Positions 12,191 to 25,344 of a stretch of 64,000 bases of DNA are shown in pieces (positions within the stretch are counted from its first letter, which is position 1; each line of letters starts with the position of its first letter). The stretch is from positions 5,270,001 through 5,334,000 of the forward strand of contig JASTWF010000034.1 in assembly GCA_030390025.1 (NCBI GenBank), read 5' to 3'. Under the pieces are notes generated by a model. It did no database searches and was not told where the DNA came from. It saw only the letters and a list, made by a program, of their open reading frames with translations. Position numbers and translations under genes: made by a program. This DNA is from Squalus acanthias. Its lineage: Eukaryota.

Positions 12191-13504
12191 TTCACCTAAT
12201 GCTCGGTATGGTTACTTACAGAGTCACAGGAACAAATCCTGGCAGATCACATCCACATCTTTAAATGTCTGAAATTTCCGCTAATCATTCAGTTCCAGTC
12301 AGTGTCTCCTTTCCCACCCTCTCCAGTTCTGCATTATTGGCACTGCTACTGATGGTTAAAGTAGGATTACAAGGATAATTTACATTCTCACAAAACATTA
12401 ATTCAGCCAGATTTCAATACATTTCTTTCTGATCATTGTTTTGAATTTACAATTGGATCCCATGCCCGTCTGTCACAGTACAGTGGATCTGTCAGTGAGA
12501 CCCAGAGTGATTCTCTATTGCCTCCTGCTGTACTTCAGGATAAACAATACCAGCTGATTGTAACTGAAGTACTGAGGATAAGAAAATCCTGTGATATATT
12601 CTCGTCTAATATTCTCTGCACAAGTTGGAAACAACAGGTGAAAAAGTACAAGGAGAAATCTCTTCCATTTGTGTTCAGATACTTTACAGCAGCATTCGGT
12701 GACACTTTGCCTGTGGGATAAATTGTCTGAATTCGATGCTGATAAATGCATTTAGTGGGACATGACCTGGTCAATCATCTCTATTTACTTTAATTCAGAG
12801 GCCATTATTTGCAATGTTACTTCGCAAATCTTCCTTTCAAAGAGCTAAAATGTGTGTATTTCAACAAAAATGCAGTAAACTCAATCTTCAAAACATATCT
12901 GATAGCCCACTTATCTTTATAACTGCAGTGAACTTGTATTTATTATCTTAGCATTGTCGTATTACATCCATACATTTTACATACAATTGCCTGTAATTAT
13001 TACATGCCAAGGTTGCAGTTTCTGTATTTTGCTGTTGCATTCATTTTCAGTTCTAAATAGAATGGATATTCTGACCAGGAGCAGGAATCCAAGCGGGATT
13101 TCCCGCTCACTAACACTGGGGCACAGAAGCGAACTGCACCGCTCCAAATGCTGACTGATCCCGGGACACGAAGGTTTCCTGAAAGGTTCTGGTCCATTGT
13201 GTCCCTGGTACCTCGGGCGGTGCTTTTGTCTGCTGGGCTAAATTTACATCGATCATTTAATCTCTCCTTGATCAAACATCTGCTATTTTCATGTTGTATT
13301 TATTCCCATTTCAGTTATTGATTCCACAATGTATTCCCGATTATTCTTACAATAAACCCTGTATTCAGCTCCACAGGCAATAGGATTAGATTATTTCATT
13401 GAATGTCGCTCGTGAGTTGCAGATTTCACCCCGAATTCCCACAAACTGCTGCTTTTACTCCCAGCCTGATGAATAATTTCCCTGTTTATTTCCCTTCCTC
13501 ACAG

Positions 13505-14406
13505 TGAACTTAGTGACGATTGGGATCCTGTCTCGGGGAAAGTGCGGTCTCTCCAAATGTGTCACTCGCTACCTGGTGGCCATGGCAACGGCGGATCTAC
13601 TGGTCGTTGTCCTCGACCTGATATTGAGGCAGATTCCGATTATTTATGAGGATCACTTTTATTTCGTGCGGTCGATCCCCGTGTGTAATATCCACGCCGT
13701 CCTGCTGTTCGCAGCCACAGACTGTTCTGTCTGGTTCACCGTCACTTTCACCTTTGATCGATTTGTGGCCATTTGTTGCCAGAAGATGAAAACTAAACAT
13801 TGCACCGAGAAAACGGCGGCTGTGGTTCTGGGAACAGTGACTGTGCTGAGCGGTTTAAAGAACATCACCTGGTATTTTATGTTCACAAGTGGGTATTGGC
13901 TTGTGAACAACCCCTGGTTTTGTGAGGTCACATCCTATGTTGTGTTCTCACGGGTCTGGGGAACAATCGAGCTCCTTCATTATAGTCTCACCCCGTGTGT
14001 CCCATTTGTGGTGATTCTGCTGCTCAATGCTTTCACCATCAGACACATTTTAGTGTCCAGCAGAGCCCGCAGGAGACTCCAGGGTCCCAGCAGTGGGGAG
14101 AGTCCCAGAGACCCAGAGATGGAGAGCCGCAGGAAATCCATCATATTACTACTTGTTATCTCCGGCAATTTCATCCTGTTATGGGCAGTGTTTATGGTGT
14201 ATTCTATATGGAGCCGGATGTATTATTTGGGGTATCAGTCTGTAGTTCTACCTGATTATGTAATGGTACTGGGATTCATGCTGCAGCTGCTGAGTTGCTG
14301 CACAAACACTGGGATTTACGCCGTGACCCAGACTAAGTTTAGACAGCAGCTGAAGGATGTGGGGAAATATCCCTTTACTCTGATTGTAAAATTCATTAAA
14401 GGATGA
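13505..14406 (+). CDS. Class A GPCR, GPR139/GPR142-like; main coding exon (first exon with ATG and most of TM1 not located)
   Basis: Polypyrimidine tract plus ACAG acceptor at 13501-13504; uninterrupted ~300 codons; motifs YLVAMATADL (TM2), FTFDRFVAIC (DRY-like), P in TM5 and SCCTNTGIY (NPxxY-like); helix 8 KFRQQL; stop TGA 14404-14406. Confidence 0.88.
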
Positions 14407-14470
14407 GAAGAAGCGGAGACTTTGCAGCCCAAGAGTTGACAGTTCCCTGGGCCTGATAATGTGGCCGCCA

Positions 14471-15225
14471 GCACAAAGATGGCGGCTCTGGGGCCCAGCA
14501 CAAAGATGGCGGCTCTGGGGCCCCGCACAAAGATGGCGGCTCTGGGGCACCGAACAAAGATGGCGGCTCTGGGGCCCCGCACAAAGATGGCGGCTCCGGT
14601 GCCCAGCACAAAGATGGCGGATCCAGGGCCCAGCACAAAGATAGCAGCTCTGTGGCTCCGCACAAAGATGGCGGCTCTGGTTCCCGCATAAAATGGCGGA
14701 TCTGGGGCTCCGCCCAAAGATGGCGTCTCTGGAGCGCCGCACAAAGATCGCAGCTCCGGTGCCCAGCACAAAGATGGCGGCTCCGGGGCCCAGCACAAAG
14801 ATGGAGGATCCGTGCCGCGCACAAAGATGGCGGTTCCAGGGCCGCGCACAAAGATGGCGGCTCCGGGGCCGCGCACAAAGATGGCGGCTCTGGGGCCAGG
14901 CACAAAGATGGCGGCTCTGATGCACTGCGGAAAGATGGCGGCTCTTCGGCCCCGCACACAGATGGTGGCACCCGCGCCCTGCACAAAGGTTGCGGCTCTG
15001 GGGCCCCGCGCAATGATGGCGGCCCTCCCCATTCCCACGCTCAGCACAAAAATGGCGCCTCTGGGGCCCCGCTCAAAAATGGCGGCTCAGGGGCCCCGCA
15101 CAAAGATGGTGGCTCTGGGTCCTCGCTAAAAGATGGCGGCTCTGGGTCCCCGCACAAAGATGGTGGATCTGGGGCCCCGCACAAGGATTGCGGCTCTGGG
15201 GCGCCGCACAAGGATTGCGGCAGTC
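14471..15225 (+). repeat. 27-bp GC-rich minisatellite (GCACAAAGATGGCGGCTCTGGGGCCCC), about 28 units, each with a YY1-like core
   Basis: Counted about 28 units, 12 of them with an exact AAGATGGCGGC. Confidence 0.93.
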
Positions 15226-15534
15226 ACTCTGGGTCTTTCCCTGGCGGCGGGAGGCGAGTGTCCGGATGGCGGGAGCAGTTGGAATCCCGGTTACTGTGCG
15301 AGCGGGCGGCGAGGCGGAGCAGCCTGGCCCGGCACGGCCCACAGTACCCCGAGCAGCCCAGCCCGGGGAGGAGATGGCCCGGCACCAGGACTTTATTAGT
15401 CATTATAACCCTTTAAAATCATTACACCACTTTACAGATCTTTTATAACCCTTTATAAATCATTATGACCATTAATAAAACATTATGACGCTTTTTCAAT
15501 CATTATGACACTTAATAAATCATTTTTATAACTA

Positions 15535-15947
15535 ATTCTTGGGATGTGGGCGTCGCTGACGAGGCCAGCATTTATTGCCCATCCCTAATTGCCCTTGAGC
15601 AGGTGGTGATGAGCCGCCTGAGACAAGCGAGTGTCTTGTGGGCCATTTCAGAGGCCTGGTAAGAGTTAACCACATTGAAGTGGGTCTGGAGTCACATTTC
15701 AACCTTACCAGGTAAGAGTGGCAGATTTCCTCCCGAAAGGCCAGAAGTGAACGAGGTTGGTTTTTACGACAATCCAGTACTTTCATGGTCACCATTATTG
15801 ACACAAGCTTTTCATTCCAGATTTGTATAATTAATCAAATTTAAATTCCCGCAGCTGGTGGGATTTGAGCACATGTCTCTGGATCATTTGTCGAGTCATC
15901 TGGTTTACTGGTCCAGCAACATAACCACTATGCTACCGTACCCTTCA
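15535..15947 (-). mobile_element. tRNA-derived SINE whose 3' tail matches the LINE at 5755-6580
   Basis: Minus-strand head GGTAGCATAGTGG...GCTCAAATCCC; tail CCAGCATTTATTGCCCATCCCT shared with 5795-5817. Confidence 0.72.
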
Positions 15948-15949
15948 AA

Positions 15950-16140
15950 AATATCACCGTTCTTTGATCGTCACTGAATCAAAAGGCTGAAATTCCTTCC
16001 ACAACAGTATTGTGGGAGCACCATCACCACACGGACTGCAGCGGCTCAAGATGAAGGCCCACCATTTTCTCATGGGTAACTAGGGATGGGCAAGTGATAT
16101 CAACCTTGACAGCGTCACCACTAGCCTGAGAACAAATACA
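15950..16140 (+). mobile_element. 3' fragment of the same L2/Crack-like LINE
   Basis: Matches the reverse complement of about 5770-5950 (CACGGACTGCAGCGG...GGGATGGGCAA). Confidence 0.7.
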
Positions 16141-16920
16141 AGAAGTAAAAAATAGGATTAAAATCAATGATTTTATAATTCATTGATTGAAACCAGATGA
16201 GGCCTGTGATCAGAGCGGGGCGTCAAGTACGCTAAACAAATTGTCAACACCACTTGGATCTCCAATTCTATCGTTGTATGAATGATACTTGTCACACTTT
16301 CCCAATTTCCCAATCATTACAATATGTGCTTGATAAATATCACATATTACCAAAATTGAAGCCCAAGGGGATTAAAGTGGCAGTGACAACAGTCTGCCAG
16401 CAATCGGTCAACAATCGGTCTGTTACAGTGAGAGGTTTTGAATATGTAAGAGAGGATTAAAGTAAGGGGTATATCAGAGTGGTACAGAGAGTTGTGTGAG
16501 GTATATCAGTGTGTTACTGCAAGGATGTGTGGGGTATATCAGAGTGTTATAGTCAGGGGCGTGGGTTTATATTAGAGTGTTATAGTAAGGGGTGTTGGGT
16601 ATATAGATATTTACAGTGAGGGCTGTATGGGGCATATCAGAGTGTTGTAGTCAGAGGAGTGGGTTTACATCAATGTGCTACAGTGAGGGGTGTGGGGTAC
16701 ATCAGAGTAATACAATGAGCGGTGTTGGGTATATCAGAGTGTTACAGTGAGAGATGTGGTGTATAACAGAGTGTTACAATCAGGGGTGTGGGTTTATATG
16801 AGTGTTACATTGAGGGGTGTCGGGTATATCAGAGTGTTACAGTGAGGGTTATGGAGTATATCAGAGAGTGTTACAGTGAGGGGTGTGGGGTAAAACGGTG
16901 AGTTACAGTGAGAGGTTTAA

Positions 16921-18330
16921 GAACATAAGAAAGTAAGAAATAAGAGCAGGAGTTGTCCATTCGGCCCCTTGAGCCTGCTCCGCCAGTCAATGAGAGCATG
17001 GCTGATATTCTGCCTCAATTCCTTTCACCGGCCTTATCTCGATATCCCTTGATGCCCTTACTAGTCAGAAACCTATAGAAATCTGTTTTGAATATGCCCA
17101 ATGACTGAGCCTCCACAGCCCTCCGGGGTAGAGAATTCCAAAGATTCACTACCCTCTGTGTGAAGAAATGTCTTTATTAGAGTTAAATATATTTACATAG
17201 ATACATAGATACATAGAAGAGTACAGCACAGTACAGGCCCTTCGGCCCTCGCTGTTGTGCCGAGCATTGTCCGAGACGAAGATCAAGCTATCACACTCCC
17301 TATCACTCTGGTGTGCTCCATGTGCTTATCCAATAACCGCTTGAAAGATTCTAAAGTGTCCGACTCCACTATCACAGCAGGCAGTCCATTCCACACCCCA
17401 ACCACTCTCTGAGTAAAGAATCTACCTCGGACATCCCTTCTATATCTCCCCCCATGCACCTTATAGTTATGCCCCCTTGTAACAGCTGCCTCTACCCGAG
17501 GAAATAGTCTCTGAACATCCACTCTATCTATCCCCCTCATCATCTTATAAACCTCTATTAAGTCGCCTCTCATCCTCCTCCGCTCTAAAGAGAAAAGCCC
17601 CAACTCCCTCAATCTTTCCTCATAAGACCTCCCCCCCCAAACCAGGCAGCATCCTGGTAAATCTCCTTTGCACTCTTTCCAATGCTTCCACGTCCTTCCT
17701 ATAGTGAGGTGACCAGAACTGCACACAATATTCCAAATGTGGTCTCACCAAGGTCCTGTACATTTCTTAAGACTAAAGGGATCAAGGGATATGGGGAGAA
17801 AGCAGGTACAGGGTACTGAATTTGGATGATCAGCCATGATCGCATTGAATGGTGGAGCAGGCTCGAGGGGCCGTATGGCCTACTCCTGCTCCTATCTTCT
17901 ATGTTTCTATGCTTCTATGCTTCTCATATCAGTCCTGAATGGCCTACCCTTTATCATGAAGCTGTGGCCCCTGGTTCTAGACTCCCCAGCCAAGGGAAAC
18001 ATTCTCCCAGCATCCAACCTATCAAGCCCTGTAATAATTGTTTATGCTTCAATTAGATCCCCTCTAATTCTTCTGAATTCAAGAGAACACAGGCCTAGTT
18101 TACTTAATCTCTTCTCATACGGCAGTCCCGGCATCCCAGGAATCGATCTCGTGAACCTTCGTTGCACTCCCTATTTGGCAAGTTTATCCTTCCTTAGGTA
18201 AGGAGAACAAAATTGTACACAGTACTCCAGATGTGGTCTCACCAAGGCCCTATATAAAGGGAGTAAGACTTCTTTACTCCTGTACTCAAATCCTCTTGTA
18301 ATGAAGGCCAGCATACCATTAGCCTTCCTT
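16921..18330 (-). mobile_element. Nested cluster of CR1 3' fragments
   Basis: Host copy at 16921-17175 plus 17923-18330; inserted minus copy at ~17190-17760 (ATAGATAC tail) and plus copy at 17762-17920. Confidence 0.85.
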
Positions 18331-18839
18331 GGGGTATGTAAGAGAGTGTTATAATCAGGAGTGTGGGGTATATCAGAGTGTTACAGTGAGGGGTGTGGTT
18401 TATATCAGAGTGTTATAGTTTTGGGTATATCAGATTATTACAGTGATGGGTGTGGGGTACATCAGAGTGCTACAGTGAGTGGTGTGGGGTATATCAGAGA
18501 GTTACAGTGAGGTGTGTGGGGTTTATCAGCGTGTCACAGGTAGGGGTGTGAGGTATATCAGTGGGTTACAGTGAGGGCTGTGGGGTATATCAGAGTGTTA
18601 CAGTGAGGGGTGTGGTGTATATCACATTGTTACAGTGAGGGGTGTCGTGTCTATCAGTGTATTACAGTGAGGGTGTGAGCTATATCAGTGTTAAAGTGAG
18701 GGGTGTGGGGTATATCACATTGTTACAGTGAGGGGTGTCGTGTCTATCAGTGTGTTACAGTGAGGGTGTGAGGTATATCAGTGTTACAGTGAGGGGTGTG
18801 GGGTATATCAGATTGTTGTAGATAGGTGTGTGGTTTATC

Positions 18840-19942
18840 TGTGAAAGAGTAAGCCATATAACCTATTCAGAAAAATACACAATTCTATCAAAGAATTCTG
18901 GCCTTATTAAAATATGACATGCTGGGTCTGGAAATCTAGAAACCTAACTATGAAAAAGCTGTGAAAGCTTTCTGGCTATAGAGATAAGATAGTTGTTGAA
19001 ACTGAATCAATAACCTTATTGAAACAGAAGGTTAAAAGCTGACCTTTCGGAACAAGACACTTTCACCCTGGCTAGGGTTTTCTAATTTACACTTCGTAAA
19101 GAAGCACAAACATCTGCCTTCGTAAAAATGACAAAGTAAAATGCACCTGCCGTTACACCGTTTTTTATGGTAAATTTAGAACACCTAGAGAAGAGACATA
19201 ATTCTGTAATGCTACCAGCTGTGGTGACTGTAAGAATTGCAGGGGTCAGCAGAAAAATGACCAGAGATAATTAGCTAACATCAGCAGAAAACCTTAAAGG
19301 AAATACCACTGGAAAAGTTTAAAAATATTGAACTCTCAAATGGGATAGTAGACTCGCTTTAAACGGACGAGGTGATTCTTGGCTTCAGAGGCGGCTCTGT
19401 ATATCTCCAACTCTTTGTACCTCGGCTGTCAAAGGTATTTGTTTTTGGTGGATATCCTGTAGAAAACTAAAAACTGTAAAACTGTAGCGAAGTTAAGATT
19501 TGAAAGGAAGGTTCGCTGATAATAGAATTGTAATTTTTCTCTTTTTGGAACTGTTAATGTTGCTATTGACTCACCAACTGTAAATTACATGTCGGTTCTT
19601 CAATAAATCTATATATTTTTAGAATTGTCTCACATAAGACTTCTGTATCAAACTCGCAAACTCAATCTCTGTACACTCTTTGGTGAGGAGTTGCAGAATT
19701 GTGGGGAGTTTTCCGGAACCTCATAATATCCGGAACGTTACAGTCTAGCTAATCTTATTAAAAGTGCTATCTGGAGGACGGCAACATTTTCAGGTTGTTC
19801 CTTTCCTTTAGGGAGAGATAGTCTGGACCTTTAGCATCTTTAGGATTCGGCTACCTCATAGTTTAGTTGAAAGTGAACGTCTGAGGAATATGCCTGATCC
19901 GGGGTAGCACTAAAGGTGCTAGGATTAGTAATTATCCCTTCA
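18840..19942 (+). mobile_element. Probable solo LTR (1103 bp) of unknown family
   Basis: Starts TG and ends CA; flanked by TATC at 18836-18839 and 19943-19946; AATAAA near 19602; non-coding; interrupts the satellite cleanly. Confidence 0.72.
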
Positions 19943-21334
19943 TATCAGCGTGTTGCAGTGAGACATGTGCGGTACATGTCAGTGTTTCAGTGAAGGGTGT
20001 GGGGTTATTCAGATAGTTAAAGTGAGTCGTGTGGGGTATATCAGTGTGTTACAGTGAAGGGTGTGGTGTATATCAGTATTACAGTGAGAGGTGTCGGGTA
20101 AATCACAGTTTTACTTCGAGGGGTGTGGGGTACAACAGAGTATTACAGTGAGGGGTGTGGGGTATATCAAATTGTTACAGCGAGGGGTGTGTGTTATATC
20201 AGAGTGTTACTTGGATGGTTGTTGGGTATATCAAAGTGTTACAGTGAATGGTCTGGGGTATATCAGAGTGTTAAAGTGAGGTGAGTGGGGTATATCAGTG
20301 TGTTAAAGTGAGAGGTGTGTGATATGTAAGAGAATTTAAGTGAATGGTGTGGGGTATAACAGAGTCTTACAGTGAGTGGTGTGTGGTATATTGATGGTTG
20401 TTGGGTATATCAATGTGAACCAGTGAGGGGTGTTGGGTATATCAGAGTGTTAAAGTGAGGTGAGTGAGGTATATCGGTCTGTTTCAGTGAGAGGTTTGAA
20501 ATATGTAAGAGAGGATTAAATTATGGGGTATATCAGAGTGTTAATGAGGTGCGTGAGTTATATCAGAGTGTTAAATTGAGGGGAGCGGCGTATATCAGAG
20601 TATTAGCATAAGTGGTGTGGGGTATATGGGTGTGTTACACGAAGGCATGTGTGGGGTATATCAGAGTGTTGTAATCAGGAGAGTGGGTTTGCATCAGAGT
20701 GCTACAGTTACGGGTGTGGGGTACATCAGAGTAATACAATGACTGGTGTTGGACATATCAGAGTGTTACAGTGAGGGGAGTGGTGTATAACAGAGTGTTA
20801 CAGTCAGGGGTGTGGGGTTATATCAGTGTGTTACATTGAGGGGTGTCGGGTATATCAGAGTGTTACAGCGAGGGATATGGAATATATCACAATGTGTTAC
20901 AGTGAGGGTCGTGGGGTATAACCGGTGCGTGACAGTAAGATGTTTGAGGTATGTAAGAGAGTGTAACAGTCAGGAGTGTGGGCTATATCATTGTTATAGT
21001 GAGGGGCGTGGTTTATATCAGAGTGTTACAGTGAGGGGTTGTGGGGTATATCAGATTATTATAGTGATTGATGTGGGGTATATTAGTGTTGCAGTGAGGG
21101 GTGTTCAGTATCTGAGTGTTACAGTGAGGGGTTGTGGGGTATATCAGTTTATTATAGTGATTGATGTGGGGAATATTAGTGTTGCAGTGAGGGGTGTTCA
21201 GTATCTGAGTGTTACAGTGAGGTTTGTGGGGTATATCAGAGTGTTAAAGTGAATGGTGTGGGGTATATCAGAGTGTTAAAGTGAGATGAGTGGTACATTA
21301 TTCTTTATCTAATCCATGGGTACCTGCCTGTTAC

Positions 21335-21465
21335 AATGAAAGGTCTACGACCTGAAACGTTAACTCTCTTTCTCTCTCCACAGATGCTGCCTGACCTGCT
21401 GAGTATTTCCAGCATTTTCTGTTTTTACTTCAAATTTCCAGCATCCACAGTATTTTGCTTTTTGC
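21335..21465 (+). mobile_element. Penelope 3'-end fragment
   Basis: AGGTCTACGACCTGAAACGTTAACTC...CAGTATTTTGC. Confidence 0.78.
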
Positions 21466-21509
21466 GCCTGCCTGGAATTATTTGATCAGACAGTATTGAG
21501 GGAGCTTTA

Positions 21510-22335
21510 AGGACATAAGAAATAGGAGCAGGAGTAGGCCATTTGGCCCTTCGAGCCTGCTCCACCATTCAATGTGATCATGGCTGTCCTTCTACCTCAT
21601 CTCCACTTTCCTGCAATATCCCCATATCCCTTGATTCCCTCAATATTCAAAAATCTATCGATCTCTATCTTGAATATACTCAATGACTGTTTCTCCACAG
21701 CCCTCTGGACTATAGAATTCCAAGGATTCACCACCCTCTGAATGAAGAAATTTCTCCTCATCTCAGTCCGAAATGGGCGACCCCTTATTCTGAGGCTGTG
21801 ACCCCTGGTTCTAGACTCCCAGGCCAGGGGAAACATCCTCCCTGCATCTAACCAGTCAAGCATAGTAAGCATTTTTTATGTTTCAATTAGATCACACCTC
21901 ATTTGTCTAAACTCTACAGAATTTAGGCTTCGTCTACTCAATCGCTCCTCATAGGACAACCCCCCATCCCAGGAACCAGCCTGGTGAACCTTCCTTGCCC
22001 TCCCTCTTTGACAAGTATATCCTTCCATAGTTAATATGACCAAAACTGTACACAGTACTCCAGGTGTGTATCTCACGAGGGACCTATATAATTGCAATAA
22101 GACGTCATTACTTTTATACTCAAATCCTCTTGTAATGACAGCCAACATACCATTTGCTTTCCAAATTGCTTGCTGTACCTGCAGGTTAATGTTCAGTGAT
22201 TCGTGTACAAGGACACCCAGGTCCCTCTGAAGACCAACATTTCCCAATCTCTCACCATTTAAAAAATACTACAGTAGGAAAAATAGAAAAGCAAAGTGGA
22301 TAAGTTCACATTTCTCAGCATTGTATTCCATCCAC
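21510..22335 (-). mobile_element. 5'-truncated CR1 LINE
   Basis: ORFs 21597-21872 and 21876-22247. Confidence 0.88.
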
Positions 22336-23677
22336 ATATCAAGTCCACGTAAGTTATTAGAATATTAATCACAATGCAACCAGACAATCAACAAATATAA
22401 AGTGTTGTACTTCTTTAATTCGCAGTATTAAAAAGCTCTGAACAAAATGTGTATCCGTATTTTCAACTTCAATAACTTCCATGAATAAACGTGGTATTCT
22501 TCAACCAGCACACCACCCATGTAACAGGTCAGATATGCAGCACTTATTCTCAAGTGCAGAAAAACACATACTCAATTTGTGTCACTGAATTATAAACAAA
22601 AAGCAGGAAAAACTGTGATTTAACAGAAATAAACATCTGTCTTTCTTTCTGGACAGTAGAACCAGTCAGACTGACTTGGAAATGTTGACTCATATGTTGA
22701 TGTAAAGATTTATAGTTTACCAATTTCGCTCCTAGTGTTTTTCTCTCAAACATTCTCCACAATATTATTCCCTGCTCTTATCAAGAAAAATGTTGAATTA
22801 TTTTAGGTACTTCACAATTAAATGCAGGGAACAAACGTCATTGTACTCACAATTTTTAATCTCTTACATCAAACATTCAATCGAATTGTACGTCATCAGT
22901 TTAATCAAAGTATTTTCTGTGTCTTTCTCAATAAACAAATAAAACAGTTTGCCTGCAATTTTTATACATCATCACATTTCTCTTGTTTCTCTTAAGACTT
23001 CCCTAAATGTTTAAGAGGAAATCTATATTTACATTATTCCTGTGACTTGTTAGGACTACAGAACGACAGGCAAAATAAAAGGTTTTGTGTTTTTCCATTT
23101 TTTTCGTTCTCTTCCTATATGTCTTAATGGTATATTTTTTAAAAATTCATTTAAAAGTAAATTGTAACTCGTACAAATCCTCCCCTGCCCCCCCCCCCTC
23201 CTCAACACCATGGTTTCATGTTTGTGTAAAGCTACTCACTTCACTTGATCGCTCACAATCAAAAATTGAGTAATTTCAATTTTAAAACATTTTAAGCATT
23301 TCAGAACCTCTTCAAAAGCGTTTGGACTTCAAGACCTGGTTGAAACTTGTTTAGATGAGGAGGAAATTGACTTTTCCTTCTGTTTCTTCCAAAATCATAT
23401 TCAAAACTTAGGGGGGGAAATGCTTTTAACACTCATTTATTGTGAAAAGTTCATTAAAATCTTTAAATTCTTTCAAGTCTCGTTGCAGCTTTGACAGAAG
23501 AAGTTGCTCCAAGTTTCTATTTCCCCCTTCAATGCTATCGTTAAACATACAACAAGAAAAATAAAATAAAGTCTAATTCCAAACGGAGCTCAGATCAGAA
23601 AGTGAGTAACATGGTTAAACTTGCTAAGAAGGGGGCGAGGTTATCTCTCCCCAGCCCTGGCGATGAGTTGGGATCAG

Positions 23678-24820
23678 TGCTGTACTTGCCCTGGGAGCAT
23701 TTGATTGGGACAGTGCAGAGAGCTTTAATCTTTATATAACCCGTGCTGTTATTGCCCTGGGAATATTTAATGGGACAGTGCAGAGAACTTTAATCTTTAT
23801 ATAACCCGTGCTGTTATTGCCCTGGGAATGTTTGATGGGACAGTGCAGACAGCTTTCATCTTTATAAAACCCGTGCTGTTATTGCCCGGGGAATGTTTGA
23901 TGGGGCAGTGCAGACGGAGCTTTACTCTGCATCCCCGGGTGTTTGGGTATTGGGCCCCTCCGCCCGCTCCAGCTCACTGTGCGGCCTGTGAATTTAAGTG
24001 AGCAGGATCTTACAGATCGCCGCGCGGCCAAGAACCTTCCAGGGAACATTGCTCAGCAGGTCAGGCAGCATCTGTGGAGAGAGAAACAGAGTTAATGTTT
24101 CAGCTCGATGACCTTTCATCAGAACTGCAAATGTTACAGATGTAACAGATTTTAAGCATGTATAGAGGCAGGGAAAGGGGGGATGGGAGGAAAGAACAAA
24201 AGGGAAGGTCTGTGTTGTACCTGCCCTGGGTGTATTTGGTGGGATTGGGTGGCGGGAGCGTTACTCGTGCTGTACTTGCCTTGGGAGAATTTGATGGCAC
24301 AGTGCAGAGGGAGTTTTATCCAATACCTAACAGCTGCTGCACCTGCTGTGGAAAGGTTTGATGAGGCAGTGTAGAAGTAGATTTAACCTGTATCTAACCC
24401 GTGCTGTACCTGCTCTTGGAGTTTTTGATGGGACAGTGCAGTGGGAGCTTTACTCTGTGTCTAACCCGTGCTGTTCCTGCCCAGGGAGTGTTTGATGGGA
24501 CAGTGCAGAGGGAGCTTTACTCTATATCTAACCCGTGCTGTACCTGCCCTGGGAGTGTTTGATGGGACAGTGTAGAGGGAGCTTTACTCTGTATCTAACC
24601 CGTACTGTACCTGCCCTGGGAGTGTTTAATAGGACAGTGTAGAGGGAGCTTTGCTCTGTATCCAACCCCTGTTCTCGCTGTCCTGGGAGTGTTTGATGGA
24701 GCCAGTAAAAGACAGCTTTACTCTGTATCTAACCTGTGCTGTATCTGCCCTGGGGGTGTTTAATAGGACAGTGTAGAGGGAGCTCTACTCTTTATCTAAC
24801 CCCTCTTGTACCAGCCTGTG
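23678..24820 (+). repeat. 65-bp satellite (GGGACAGTGTAGAGGGAGCTTTACTCTGTATCTAACCCGTGCTGTACCTGCCCTGGGAGTGTTTGAT), interrupted at about 23935-24215
   Basis: Direct periodicity; further blocks at 39258-39460, 40765-41120, 43978-44222 (minus) and 50620-50770. Confidence 0.9.
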
Positions 24821-25037
24821 AGAGTAACCCACACCACCAGCGGCGTTTAACACCCCCGGCTGTCACCCGCCCTGCCGTTTATCCCCCCATCTGTATCTCT
24901 AACTCCCCGATCCCCTTGAACTGCCCGTTTTTATCCCCCCTGTTTATTCATCCCCTCCGCTGTCTCTAATCACCCAGTTTATCTCCACACCCCTGTAAAA
25001 TATCCTCCGTATACGACGCCATGTGTAATGCCCCTGT

Positions 25038-25340
25038 GCATAGCATAGAAGCATGGATGATAGGAGCAGGAGTAGGCCATTCGGCCCCTCGAGCCTGCTC
25101 CGACATTTAATGAGATCATGGCTGATCATCCAAATTCAGAACCCTGTACCTGCTTTCTCCCCATATCCCTTGATCCCTTTAGCCTTAAGAAATATATCTA
25201 TATCCTTCTTGAATATATTTAATGAATTGGCCTCAACTGCCTTCTGTGGTAGAGAATTCCACAGGTTCACCACTCTCTGGGTGAAGAAATTCCTGCTCAT
25301 CTCAGTCCTAAATGGCTTACCCCTTATCCTTAGACTGTGA
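25038..25340 (-). mobile_element. CR1 3' fragment
   Basis: Reverse complement of the CR1 C-terminus and tail. Confidence 0.85.
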
Positions 25341-25344
25341 TATT

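Larger units (their letters stand above)
16420..21292 (+). repeat. Degenerate ~32-bp satellite (GTGTTACAGTGAGGGGTGTGGGGTATATCAGA) in three blocks split by insertions
   Basis: Blocks at 16420-16920, 18330-18839 and 19943-21292. Confidence 0.9.
21200..24350 (-). repeat. Segmental duplication, copy A (inverted relative to about 50845-54376)
   Basis: For example 23641-23678 TTATCTCTCCCCAGCCCTGGCGATGAGTTGGGATCAGT is the reverse complement of 51781-51818; satellite, Penelope, CR1 and unique segments are in mirrored order. Confidence 0.9.

Noticed and set aside
12518..12721. Candidate first exon of the GPCR (FRYFTAAFGDT)
   Set aside because: No hydrophobic TM1 start or suitable phase-1 donor; cannot be supported
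13061..13198. Small MITE in the GPCR intron
   Set aside because: Only about 6 bp of terminal inverted match; insufficient evidence
14248..15448. Many overlapping ORFs
   Set aside because: Artefacts of the GC-rich 27-bp repeat
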